Positions 8,838 to 18,587 of a DNA stretch of 64,000 nucleotides are shown here, one piece after another; position 1 is the first letter of the stretch, and the number at the start of each line of letters is the position of its first letter. The DNA comes from Candidatus Nomurabacteria bacterium (lineage in GTDB: Bacteria; Patescibacteriota; Minisyncoccia; Phycocordibacterales; UBA9973). The translations under genes were made by a program, and so were the position numbers. Under the pieces are notes generated by a model. That model saw nothing but the letters and a program-made list of their open reading frames with translations, searched no databases and was not told the origin of the DNA. The DNA is taken from the NCBI GenBank assembly GCA_052035405.1, contig JBPOHQ010000008.1, positions 32,893 to 96,892 on the forward strand, given 5' to 3'.

Positions 8838-11243
8838 TTATCTTTTGTTGAAATAATATTCGTACGGATTTTTTGTCTTGAACGGTGAATTTATTCTTCG
8901 GGCATCGATAACTTTATTCTTGTAGTACTCGTATACGGTTAATTTATTTCCAGAGAGCCACAATTGATACGCAGATACATCAGGACGACTTACACGAATC
9001 TCTCTTAGGTCCGGACCTACGTATCCAAATGCTTTACCGAATACGTGTGCAAGGTCCCATGCGAATTGTTGCAAGTTGTCCCCCTCGGTGTAGCCATATT
9101 TTCTTTGGAATATTGGACTCTTTTTAATTCTTCTTGCGAAGACAGTCTCTACTCCTTCGTGATATCTGACAATATCATCATTGTCTGGTTCAAGAGTTTG
9201 TCCAATGATTGGTAAGTGTGGGCCAACAGGACCAACTGGTGTTGTATCTTGCCCATCCGGTATTCCATCATTATCATCATCAGTGTCTAAGTTGTTAGGT
9301 ATTCCATCTCCATCTGCATCATCATCGTCTACATTTGGTATACCGTCACCATCAAGATCTGTGTCTAAGGTGTTTGGCGTACCTCCTCCATCATAGTCTG
9401 TTGGAGTCCCAATTCCAGTAGGACTTCCGTCTAATAAATCAGGTATTCCATCATTGTCATCATCAGTATCAGTAGTATTAGGAATTCCATCTCCGTCAGT
9501 ATCATTGTCTAGGATGTTAGGAATTCCATCCCCGTCCATATCGGAATCTAGGATATTCGGTATTCCTCCACCGTCATAGTCAAAGGGTGTTCCTGTTGCC
9601 GTAGGACTACCATCAAGGAGATCCGGTATTCCATCATTGTCATCATCAGTATCAGTAGTATTAGGAATTCCATCTCCGTCAGTATCATTGTCTAGGATGT
9701 TAGGAATTCCATCCCCGTCTATATCAGAGTCAACAGTATTTAAAAAGCCATCCCCGTCAAAATCTGTAGGGTTCCCTCCATTAGTATTTCCGTCGCCATT
9801 TGGATTTGTTCCGTTTCCATTTCCATTTCCACTATCACTTCCTGTGCCATCATCTCCAACTCCATCGTCTCCAGGATTTCCATCGTCTCCGTTTCCTGTA
9901 TCGGTATACCCACCTGTTTCATTTGGTCCGTTTCCATTATTGTTTCCGCCAGTATTGTTACCACCAGTATTTCCTCCTCCTGGGTCATTTGGTCCACCTG
10001 GATCTATTGCTGGATCATTTCCATAATCAATGTTGTTTCCATTACCGTCGTTTCCTACACCGTTGCCAGGATTATATGGAGTTCCGATATAATCAACAGC
10101 ATCAGTCAGTCTAGTTTTAAAATCCAAAGTAGCACCATAAAATGTTTGTGTTGGACTACTACTGCCTGTTGTGTTTATTGTTTCAGCTACTGCACGGACA
10201 TTGTAAGGAGTGTTTTTTGTTAAACCAGAAAGCTTAAAGCTCATGGTTCCATAACTTTTTGTTTCATGAGTCACTTCTCCAACTTTAATCCAATTTAACT
10301 CGCTCTCTTTTTTATATTCAAAAAATGTTTTTACTTTTCTACTGGAACCATAAGAACCCTTTAAAAAAGCAGATTTTGAAGTTATTTCTGAAGGAAAATA
10401 AGTTATCACAGAAGTATGAGGACAAGATTGACATGGGTCTGTGTGAAAAGTAACGACGCCACCATACTTTATTTCAGTTGGTTTGCGTGCATCATTTGAA
10501 ACAACAGCACAGTATGAATACAGTGTGTCTGGTTCTAAGTTCGTTACATTAGCAAAAAAATTTCCTCCACCAGAAACTTTTCCATAAGCATCTGGTACTG
10601 TTGAAATTATTCCTATCATCTGAGAACCAAATATTTCATTGCAGAAAATAGGTGGTTTGTCTACTCTAGACAATCTAAAGTATCCATAGGCCAAGGATCC
10701 AGTACCACCGACTGAACCCTTTAGTACAACATCAGTATCAGTAAGACCTGTTACTGTGTGGGTTGTTACACCGCTTATTTGATTTCCACTACCGCTACCA
10801 GTGCTTCCTCCACCAGAAGGTGGAGTGACAAGAGTTTTAAAGTTTTTTACACTACCATAATATACTTCACTTCCACCAAAATAAAGTTGATTTTGGTCTG
10901 TTGTTGCTACCGCACAGTAATAATAAGTTGTATCTTGTTGTAAGTTACCTATTTGCTGATTAAGAGTATTTAGTGTTCCTGTTGTTGATGTGTTAAAAGT
11001 AATTGTAGAACTAGAGTAAAAGTTTGTCATATTATAACAACTAGTACTAGCTACTGTTGTATATCTGAAATTAGCATATACAGGAAAATTGTTATAGTTT
11101 GTGACTGTTCCAGAAAGTGTAGCCTGTGTGTCAGTTATGTTTGATGCTGAGTTGGTGTTTACTATCATATACCCAAAAGTTATTGCTGGTACAAGCAATA
11201 ACAGTAGCATGAGTATTTTTTTGTATATTTTTTTACCGTACAC
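8838..11243 (-). CDS. Large secreted or surface repeat protein with thrombospondin-type-3-like calcium-binding repeats (DTDGDGIPN / DDDNDGIPD)
   Basis: N-terminal anchor MYGKKIYKKILMLLLLLVPAITFG; a Gly/Asn-rich tract; repeated D-x-D-x-D-G-IP motifs; near-identical internal duplication. Confidence 0.6.
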   Translation of the reverse strand: MYGKKIYKKILMLLLLLVPAITFGYMIVNTNSASNITDTQATLSGTVTNYNNFPVYANFRYTTVASTSCYNMTNFYSSSTITFNTSTTGTLNTLNQQIGNLQQDTTYYYCAVATTDQNQLYFGGSEVYYGSVKNFKTLVTPPSGGGSTGSGSGNQISGVTTHTVTGLTDTDVVLKGSVGGTGSLAYGYFRLSRVDKPPIFCNEIFGSQMIGIISTVPDAYGKVSGGGNFFANVTNLEPDTLYSYCAVVSNDARKPTEIKYGGVVTFHTDPCQSCPHTSVITYFPSEITSKSAFLKGSYGSSRKVKTFFEYKKESELNWIKVGEVTHETKSYGTMSFKLSGLTKNTPYNVRAVAETINTTGSSSPTQTFYGATLDFKTRLTDAVDYIGTPYNPGNGVGNDGNGNNIDYGNDPAIDPGGPNDPGGGNTGGNNTGGNNNGNGPNETGGYTDTGNGDDGNPGDDGVGDDGTGSDSGNGNGNGTNPNGDGNTNGGNPTDFDGDGFLNTVDSDIDGDGIPNILDNDTDGDGIPNTTDTDDDNDGIPDLLDGSPTATGTPFDYDGGGIPNILDSDMDGDGIPNILDNDTDGDGIPNTTDTDDDNDGIPDLLDGSPTGIGTPTDYDGGGTPNTLDTDLDGDGIPNVDDDDADGDGIPNNLDTDDDNDGIPDGQDTTPVGPVGPHLPIIGQTLEPDNDDIVRYHEGVETVFARRIKKSPIFQRKYGYTEGDNLQQFAWDLAHVFGKAFGYVGPDLREIRVSRPDVSAYQLWLSGNKLTVYEYYKNKVIDARRINSPFKTKNPYEYYFNKR
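9421..9780. repeat. Tandem direct DNA repeat of about 180 bp (two copies, roughly 100 bp near-identical) encoding the DNDTDGDGIPNTTDTDDDNDGIPDLLDGSPT block
   Basis: 9421-9536 and 9601-9716 are almost identical by eye (ggaattccatctccgtcagtatcattgtctaggatgttaggaattccatccccgtc...). Confidence 0.7.
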
Positions 11244-11291
11244 TTTTTATTTTTTCTGTCTTATTTTGGTACTGTATATTTTAACACTTCT

Positions 11292-13874
11292 TTAATAAAT
11301 ACCGAACATTTTTTCAAACTTACGAGTCACAACTCCGCAAACATTTGCGTTGTATGGGCCAACTGGGTAAGACTCCAGTCCTCCAAGATCGGTAGTATTT
11401 CCAGTATCTTTGTCTATATTTGGCAGAGATATTTCCACCCATCCTACAAATTCAGGGCAAGTTGTAGGAGTTACTACCCAGTTATTGACGTACACACTAC
11501 CGTATAAGAATCCTTCGTTTGTGCTCCATGATTGAACTGCATTTTGACTCCATGGAGTTGTGGTGTTTGGATTTAATGGAGCTGTACTTTGTCCTGGTGC
11601 ACCGTATAGGTAATACACAGGAGTACCATAAGGTTGTCTTCTGTAGAATTTACTATAAACAGTATTGTTACTTGAATAAATATTTTTTACTTCTTCTTCA
11701 CACCCACCTGGGCCTTTCAACAGATCATCCCAGACGTACTTTTTTTGACTTTCAAGTTCTTTTAGTAAAGAGTCTGCTTTTGCTACATCATCTCCCGTAA
11801 CCATATCTTTGGTTAATCTTCCAAAGAAAGAAATCCAAGGTCTTAGATCATCCTCGTTTGCGTTTGCTCCACCGAGTGCCTCAATTGCTTCTTTTATTTG
11901 GACAAGTCTGACTACAACACTTTTCTTGAAGGTAATTTCTTCAAAATTATCTTCACCTATTTGTTCGTATCCAACTATTTTATTGTATTCATTGCGTGCT
12001 TCAGTTGTTACCAACGGCATAGGTGCTAAAGAATTTGCCCCACTGTTGTACATTTTGTAAATCTGTTTTCTGTATGTTTCAAAAGTGTTTTCTATAACAT
12101 TTCTTATTCCATCTTCATCTAGAACTTGGTCTTGTTCATTGTTATCACCGGCACCAATAGCACCATAAATGTGTACATCGTAGAGTTTACTAAGGTACGT
12201 TGCAACCTGCCTTTTTACTTGTCTTTCTTTTGAGTTTTCAAGTATTGCTGTAGCTATACCAGACACTATACCCGTAGGGTCAAATGCAGGGAGAAGATCA
12301 AGAAGGGGTGTTTCAAGTCCTACAGGGCTGTATTTTATGGTGTCATAGAAATTATCAACACTAGCTGCACTTTCCCAATCTGGACGTGGTCCAGGAATAC
12401 AGTAATCTAATTGTCTGATTGATTTTACTAACTCTGGAATTACTTCATTTTGTTTTTCTAATTTTTCTATGTAAATTCTTTGTTCATCAATGATTGCCTG
12501 ATTGAGATCTGTTCTGATGTTAAAATCAGGATGTTGTTCAAGCCAATCACTACCAAGTTGCCATGATGGAAAATCTCTTTCTGTTTGTGGATCTGAGTAA
12601 CCACTTGCAGAAGCCGCATCGTTATCTAACACAAAAGCACCACCAGAACCTTCGTTTGAGAAATCAGCAAAACCTTTATTTGTAATATCGCTTGACCATT
12701 TATTTAATAGAGCATCAAGGATTGCCCCTATTGCATCATTTAAATCATCTGCATTTAGAAGATTATTATCAGGATAATTTATGGCTTTAGTTGCAGCCTG
12801 AGCCACCATTTGTCCTGGGGTAACATATTCCCATCTTTTACATATACCGATAATGTTTCCTGAGGAGTCTCTTTCTCCATCTATTAGGGCTTTTTGGTGC
12901 ATTTCTTTGGTTATACCTTCTGGTTCTGCACAACGTTCATCTCCAAGATATCCATTTGCTTGGTCGAGAGCTTTTTGAATTTTGGTAGCAGGTGAAGTTT
13001 GAGTACCTTCAAGTCTGAAGCGTAATTCATTTGACGCCATTAATTGGAAACCTAAAGGATTGTTTGCTGGTACCGAGGTTAAAGATCTCCAAGCATTCCA
13101 ACCACCTTTTGAAAAGTCTGAACTAAAAGTAATAGCATTATATTGTGGTGTTGTTTCAGCGATTAATTCATTTAAAGAATATTGAGCATTGTCTGCAAAT
13201 TTTCTATTGTAAGCGTTTACTTGATTTCTGAGCCAATTTTTTGCATAAGGATATTTTACTGGATCGTCTATTTCGAGTCCAAAAGCTCGTATTTCATTTT
13301 TTGCGATATCTTCAAAGAATTTTCCAGGGTTCTGTAAGAAAAGAGGCTTACCTTCAAAACCATTATTTATCCATGCCACAGTACTTAAAGTTATTTTTTG
13401 AAGCATGAGCTTTATTACCATTCTACCAATACTTTTCAGACAAGTGTCGTTTCTTGCTATGTCATCAACACCCTTTTGGGTTGCGGTGGCCTTATCAAGT
13501 GTTTTTTTTACGTCATTTTTTAACTCTTTTCCAACATCAACGCCAATAGTTTGAGAGTCAGAAACTGCATCAGAGGCTGTTTGTGCAAAACTACTAAGTG
13601 TACCTTTTACACCAAGAACCTCTCCGGCTTTTCCTAAATTTACTCCACCAAAAAGACTTTTTACCGCTCCAGTTATTTTACCCTTACATAACGGTAGTTG
13701 TTTTATTACAGGACCTACATTTTTTAGGTAACTACCTACACCATAAGAACCCCCACTGCTATATCCACCAGCACTCTGGGCATTTACATTTTCTACAAAT
13801 ATAAAATAGGGCGTAGACAAAAAGCTTACAATAAGAAGTGAAGTTATAAAATTTTTAAAATATTTTTTCCCCAC
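11292..13874 (-). CDS. Large (860 aa) secreted hypothetical protein
   Basis: Signal peptide MGKKYFKNFITSLLIVSFLSTPYFIFVENVNAQS; no recognised catalytic motif. Confidence 0.5.
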   Translation of the reverse strand: MGKKYFKNFITSLLIVSFLSTPYFIFVENVNAQSAGGYSSGGSYGVGSYLKNVGPVIKQLPLCKGKITGAVKSLFGGVNLGKAGEVLGVKGTLSSFAQTASDAVSDSQTIGVDVGKELKNDVKKTLDKATATQKGVDDIARNDTCLKSIGRMVIKLMLQKITLSTVAWINNGFEGKPLFLQNPGKFFEDIAKNEIRAFGLEIDDPVKYPYAKNWLRNQVNAYNRKFADNAQYSLNELIAETTPQYNAITFSSDFSKGGWNAWRSLTSVPANNPLGFQLMASNELRFRLEGTQTSPATKIQKALDQANGYLGDERCAEPEGITKEMHQKALIDGERDSSGNIIGICKRWEYVTPGQMVAQAATKAINYPDNNLLNADDLNDAIGAILDALLNKWSSDITNKGFADFSNEGSGGAFVLDNDAASASGYSDPQTERDFPSWQLGSDWLEQHPDFNIRTDLNQAIIDEQRIYIEKLEKQNEVIPELVKSIRQLDYCIPGPRPDWESAASVDNFYDTIKYSPVGLETPLLDLLPAFDPTGIVSGIATAILENSKERQVKRQVATYLSKLYDVHIYGAIGAGDNNEQDQVLDEDGIRNVIENTFETYRKQIYKMYNSGANSLAPMPLVTTEARNEYNKIVGYEQIGEDNFEEITFKKSVVVRLVQIKEAIEALGGANANEDDLRPWISFFGRLTKDMVTGDDVAKADSLLKELESQKKYVWDDLLKGPGGCEEEVKNIYSSNNTVYSKFYRRQPYGTPVYYLYGAPGQSTAPLNPNTTTPWSQNAVQSWSTNEGFLYGSVYVNNWVVTPTTCPEFVGWVEISLPNIDKDTGNTTDLGGLESYPVGPYNANVCGVVTRKFEKMFGIY

Positions 13875-13955
13875 GTTTATTTTTATCTAGAAAGATAGAT
13901 AGTATTATTATACTCTGTTTTTACTTTAAATAAAGTAAAAATGTTTAAAAACAGA

Positions 13956-14894
13956 CTATTCTTGAAGTGAACCTTCTAATTCTTCTACTGCCGTTATTAA
14001 ATCATTACTGTATTTTTCATACTGAGAAAGTCCAGAGAGTCCAACGAGTGGGTCAGTGATGATTTTTGTCATGTTTAATACACTTATACCTGTATTGTTT
14101 GCACCATTTGCTATTGCAAGATGTATGTCTAATAAACCTGTTGGAACAGAAACTTTCATGACAGATTTACTAAAATCTTGATATGCTTGAGCTATTTTGA
14201 TTAGTTCTTGGTTTTGTCCTGTGTTTGTGCTTGTTGAAGAATATATAGATAAATCACTGTTTACTATATCCAACTCATCCCCTAATCCTTCTTTTTCGTA
14301 TTTTTGAAACAGGTTTTTCAATTCTCTGTAATATTCAACCCTATTGAATTCAGTGTCTTCTGTGTTTATGGTCGTTTCTGTATCTTTATATTTGTCTATA
14401 AGCGTAGGGTTTGCAATTCTTTGACCTAAAGCATCAGAAAATGCATTGATCGACTGGTTATCAACTTCTCCTGAGGCTTTCAAAGCTGTATAAGCACTGA
14501 AAAATTCTCTAGCAAATCTTTCTGTTTCTGTAAGTGTTAAATCATTTTTTTCTTGCTCTATGTCCAACTCTTTCTTTTTGTTTTTTACATATATGTTGTC
14601 TGGTATTCCGTTAAAAGTAACTTTCTTATTTTTATCTGTTCCCCAAAGTGCTTCTTCCCAGTCTAAAAGACCATCTCCATCAGTGTCTGTGTTTATAAGT
14701 CCTATAATTGTTTGATTTTCTACTTCTAGTCCATCTACCCCCTTTTTAGAATTAAAGCTTTCTTTTTTTGAAAAAATAAAAAATATTAAAAATAACACAC
14801 AAAATACCAACGCCCAAACGCCTATCATTTTTGTAAATTCTTTACTCGGTAAATATTTTCTGTATTTTTCTGGTATTTTAAATGAGTATTTCAT
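13956..14894 (-). CDS. Membrane-anchored hypothetical protein with a DTDGDGLLDWEE calcium-binding-like motif
   Basis: N-terminal TM VWALVFCVLFLIFFIF; DTDGDGLLDWEEALWGTD motif; start overlaps the stop of the upstream ORF (TAATG). Confidence 0.5.
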   Translation of the reverse strand: MKYSFKIPEKYRKYLPSKEFTKMIGVWALVFCVLFLIFFIFSKKESFNSKKGVDGLEVENQTIIGLINTDTDGDGLLDWEEALWGTDKNKKVTFNGIPDNIYVKNKKKELDIEQEKNDLTLTETERFAREFFSAYTALKASGEVDNQSINAFSDALGQRIANPTLIDKYKDTETTINTEDTEFNRVEYYRELKNLFQKYEKEGLGDELDIVNSDLSIYSSTSTNTGQNQELIKIAQAYQDFSKSVMKVSVPTGLLDIHLAIANGANNTGISVLNMTKIITDPLVGLSGLSQYEKYSNDLITAVEELEGSLQE

Positions 14895-15280
14895 TATTTT
14901 TTTGATGTACCCCAGATGGTTATGGTATCTAGGTTAACTGTTTCTTCTGATGGTGGTTCTATTCTTGTGCAGCTAACGGTTGTTTTACCCTGATATTTTC
15001 CTATAATTTTTTGACCACTATGTGCCGTTGTTCTCGTTTTAGACATTGTCAGTGCTGGTATGAAATATTCTTTAGGCATTCCCACTTTTTGGGGTTTTAT
15101 TTGTATTGTTGTTCCTACCACTATACAGGTATATCCTTGTTGTTCCAGTCTTTCTATGCTTTGTGCCTTTGGTTTTATTATTGTTCCACCAAAAACATTA
15201 CCAAAACCGGCTTGAGCAATATCCCAAAAAAGTAAAGAAATAAAAAGTATTAAAAAAGCATAGACCGTATTTTTCTGCAT
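14894..15280 (-). CDS. Small secreted hypothetical protein; first gene of the minus-strand cluster
   Basis: Signal peptide MQKNTVYAFLILFISLLFWDIAQA; stop overlaps the downstream ATG. Confidence 0.45.
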   Translation of the reverse strand: MQKNTVYAFLILFISLLFWDIAQAGFGNVFGGTIIKPKAQSIERLEQQGYTCIVVGTTIQIKPQKVGMPKEYFIPALTMSKTRTTAHSGQKIIGKYQGKTTVSCTRIEPPSEETVNLDTITIWGTSKK

Positions 15281-15322
15281 TTATATATTATATCAATACT
15301 TGGTTAAAAGAAAAAGGAAAGT

Positions 15323-16108
15323 TTATTTTACAAGAGAAAGTAGTTTAATCCATTCTTCTAGACGTATATCCTCAGCTCGAGTGTTTTTTGTGAGTCCTAC
15401 CTTTTCTAAAATTTCTAACCAGTTGTTCTTTTTATATACACCCTTTAGGTTGCCAATCAGAACTTTTCTTTTATGTGCAAAACCAGCATGAATAATTCCC
15501 CAGAATTTTTCTTCTTTTATACTGTTATCAGTAAATAAATTTCTTGAGATTGAGTGTATTTTAATGACAGCAGAATCCACTTTCGGTGCTGGAGAAAAAT
15601 ATCTTGCGGGTACCTTCATTATCATCTTTGGTGTACCATAAGCTTTAACTGATACAGATAAAATACTTTCTTTTTTATCTTGTGCGACAATTCTTTTTGC
15701 TACTTCATGCTGCACCATAAGCACCATGAGCTCTGGCTGGTATATTTCTGTTAGAAATTTTTTTAAAATTGCACCGGTTATGTTGTATGGAATGTTTGCG
15801 ATTACCTTATATTTTTTTTCTTTTACGGAAAATAGGAGTATATCCTCTTCTAGTAATAGTAATTTCTTACTCATTATTTCTTCTTTAAATTTTTCTTGTA
15901 GAAATGCGAAAAGCTCTCGATCTTTTTCTATGGCAATGACGTGATCAGAGTTCTCCAGTAATCTTTCCGTAAGTGCTCCTTTTCCAGGACCTATTTCTAG
16001 GATTACATCTTCTTTTTTTATTTCTCCAGCTTTTATTATTTCCCTGAGTGCAAGTTCTGATTTCAAGAAATTTTGGCCGAGAGATTTTTTTGCTTTATGT
16101 ACTTTCAT
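15323..16108 (-). CDS. rsmA: 16S rRNA (adenine1518-N6/adenine1519-N6)-dimethyltransferase
   Basis: SLGQNFL, EIGPGKGALT and NIPYNI motifs. Confidence 0.9.
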   Translation of the reverse strand: MKVHKAKKSLGQNFLKSELALREIIKAGEIKKEDVILEIGPGKGALTERLLENSDHVIAIEKDRELFAFLQEKFKEEIMSKKLLLLEEDILLFSVKEKKYKVIANIPYNITGAILKKFLTEIYQPELMVLMVQHEVAKRIVAQDKKESILSVSVKAYGTPKMIMKVPARYFSPAPKVDSAVIKIHSISRNLFTDNSIKEEKFWGIIHAGFAHKRKVLIGNLKGVYKKNNWLEILEKVGLTKNTRAEDIRLEEWIKLLSLVK

Positions 16109-16219
16109 ATTATTTGAGTAAAGTTATAAAATTTTTGAATGGTCTGGCCGAGCCCGAAGCAGAATGCTAGGGCGAGGAGATCTGAGGACCTGAAAAAATT
16201 TTGATAACTTTAGAAATGA

Positions 16220-18181
16220 TTAAATATAAATTGTTTTCACATTTGGATTCTCGTCTCCTCGCTCTATGATATCAGGTGGGATGTCAGATATAAACTCACT
16301 TGGGGAATTTATCTGTCTTGATCCGAAAATAGTTCTGAAATTTGCAAAGGATAAAAATAATTTTTCTTTTGCACGAGTAAGTGCCACATAAAAAAGTCTT
16401 CGCTCTTCTTCGCTGTCTTCAGTACTTTTACTATCACCTATTTTTGAATGTGGGAAGAGTCCGTCTTCAAGTCCGGTAATAAAAACGTATTTAAATTCAA
16501 GGCCTTTTGATGCATGCACTGTCATAAGTTTTACCCCATTTACTTTCTCCTTATTTTTTTCTTCAGCGAGCATGATGGAATCCTGATCTCCTGCAAGTGA
16601 AGCATCTTCCAAAAGTTTTTCTGCCCCCCGACCTCCTTCTAAGTTGTCATACTTTAATGCAAGGGTTACAAGCTCTTTTATATTTTCGAGTCTCTCAAGC
16701 CCTTCATCTCCTCCTTCTAATAATTCATTTTCAATTCCAGTTTTTTTAATGACTAGTTTTATGACGTTAGAGATTTTTTCGTTTTCAATACTGTTTTTTA
16801 TCTCACTGAGAAGTTCATAAAAAGAATTTATTTTTAACTGCATCTTTACTGGTAATCCTTCTCGGTCCCCTGAGAAAAGTTTTGCTAAGGTCGTCTTACC
16901 GATACCTCTCGCTGGGAAGTTTATAATTCTTTTTATGTCTGCTAAATTTTCAGGATTAAGTGCTGCTCGAAGATACGCGAGTGTGTCCTTGATTTCTTTT
17001 CTTTCAAAGAATTTTATTCCTAAGACTTGGTATGGAATGTTGTGTCTCAAGAGAGCTTCTTCTAGTATTCTAGATTGAAAATTTGCCCGATAGAGGATAG
17101 CTATTTCAGAGAGAATATTACTATCAGTGGAACTCGAAGACTTGTCCCACAGTTCCACTATCTTTGTCGCCACAAACTCTGCTTCATCACTTTCCTCTAT
17201 TGCTTCATAGAGAGAGATTTTTTCGCCTTGTGCATTTTTGGTAAATAGGTTTTTATCTGGACGGTATTTATTTTTCTTAATTACTTCATTTGCTGCTTCA
17301 AGAATATTTTGAGTTGAACGGTAATTCTCTTCAAGTGTAACAATCTTTGCTCCTGCGTAGTCTTTTTCAAAACTTAAAATATTTTTTAAATTTGCTCCAC
17401 GCCAAGAATAGATGTTTTGATCTGCATCTCCAACAACACAAATATTTTTATTGTTCTCTGCGAGTAATTTACTCATTAAGTATTGGACTTCATTCGTATC
17501 CTGATACTCATCTATGTGCACATAGTCCCATTTTTGTTGATAGTAGGTCCGGACTTGTTCATTTTCTTTCAATAGTTTTACTGCTTTTAGCAACAGGTCA
17601 TCGAAGTCGAGGCTGTTTCCTTCTGATTTTGCTTTTTCATATTTCCTCCAAACTTGTGCCACGATCTTGCCTAGATAGTCATTAGAATTCTCTACTCGTT
17701 CTTCGTAGTTTTCGAGTTTAGTAAATTTGCCTTTTTCTCGAGAAATAATATTTTTAATTTTTCTGGGTTCGTATTGTTTTGGATCGAGATTGAGTTCTTT
17801 GATGGCGTCTTTGACGATTGAAGTTGTGTCACTGTCGTCGAGGATAGTGAAGTACTTGGTGAGTCCAAGTAGCTGAGCGTTTTCTTTAATTATGTAGACA
17901 CCAAGACTATGAAAAGTAGACACAAAAGGAATCTGGTCTTGTCCTTTTGCGTTTTTCTCTATCTCTAGGATTACTCGTTCTCGCATTTCTTTTGCGGCCT
18001 TATTGGTAAAGGTTACAGCAAGGATTTTTTCTGGAGCAACGCCGTGTTTTATAAGGTTTACAATTCTATGAGTTATTGTTTTAGTCTTACCTGCTCCTGC
18101 TCCAGCGACGATGAGTAGTGGTCCATCTCGGTGTAGAGCTGCTTCTTTTTGTTTGTCATTGAGACCGTGTAGATGTTCCAT
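16220..18181 (-). CDS. uvrD: UvrD/PcrA-family ATP-dependent DNA helicase (start adjusted to MEHLHGLNDKQ)
   Basis: LNDKQKEAA..GPLLIVAGAGAGKTKTITHRI, AVTFTNKAAKEMRERV, VHIDEYQDTN, C-terminal VALTRAKEKL. Confidence 0.9.
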   Translation of the reverse strand: MEHLHGLNDKQKEAALHRDGPLLIVAGAGAGKTKTITHRIVNLIKHGVAPEKILAVTFTNKAAKEMRERVILEIEKNAKGQDQIPFVSTFHSLGVYIIKENAQLLGLTKYFTILDDSDTTSIVKDAIKELNLDPKQYEPRKIKNIISREKGKFTKLENYEERVENSNDYLGKIVAQVWRKYEKAKSEGNSLDFDDLLLKAVKLLKENEQVRTYYQQKWDYVHIDEYQDTNEVQYLMSKLLAENNKNICVVGDADQNIYSWRGANLKNILSFEKDYAGAKIVTLEENYRSTQNILEAANEVIKKNKYRPDKNLFTKNAQGEKISLYEAIEESDEAEFVATKIVELWDKSSSSTDSNILSEIAILYRANFQSRILEEALLRHNIPYQVLGIKFFERKEIKDTLAYLRAALNPENLADIKRIINFPARGIGKTTLAKLFSGDREGLPVKMQLKINSFYELLSEIKNSIENEKISNVIKLVIKKTGIENELLEGGDEGLERLENIKELVTLALKYDNLEGGRGAEKLLEDASLAGDQDSIMLAEEKNKEKVNGVKLMTVHASKGLEFKYVFITGLEDGLFPHSKIGDSKSTEDSEEERRLFYVALTRAKEKLFLSFANFRTIFGSRQINSPSEFISDIPPDIIERGDENPNVKTIYI

Positions 18182-18250
18182 GACATTAAATATATCACAC
18201 AAACTAAAAGTAGCCTCGATGAGTAACATCGAGGCTACTTTTATGAAATA

Positions 18251-18577
18251 TTATTTTATTTTACTCAATACTTCTCTTGCATCTTTTTTAAAACTTTCTC
18301 CTTCTTCGGCTACAATAGATAGAAAATTTGGTACTTTTGCAAAAAAGAATTCCATCAAATCTTCTGCAGGTACGTTCTTTTCAAGAAGTGCATCGTATTC
18401 AGCAAGGTCACCTTCTGACATTTTTGGTAGAATTCTTATAAGTACTGATTGAAAGATAAGTTTACCAATTTTATTGATAGATTCTTCTTGTTGTTCTTCT
18501 GGTAATTTGTCTATCTCAAACATCGTGATAATGTTTTCCCTTATTTCACTTTGAGCTTTTTTTGTATTTGTATCCAT
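18251..18577 (-). CDS. Hypothetical small protein
   Basis: ORF track only. Confidence 0.35.
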   Translation of the reverse strand: MDTNTKKAQSEIRENIITMFEIDKLPEEQQEESINKIGKLIFQSVLIRILPKMSEGDLAEYDALLEKNVPAEDLMEFFFAKVPNFLSIVAEEGESFKKDAREVLSKIK

Positions 18578-18587
18578 GATTGTTATG

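Noticed and set aside
6802-10114. Multiple antisense or overlapping ORFs inside the large minus-strand genes (for example 6852..7355, 9637..10026, 9800..10114, 19855..20631, 52894..55683 minus)
   Set aside because: They are embedded in better-supported long ORFs on the other strand. Their low-complexity composition (P/S-rich, H-rich) mirrors the repeat DNA. Spurious.
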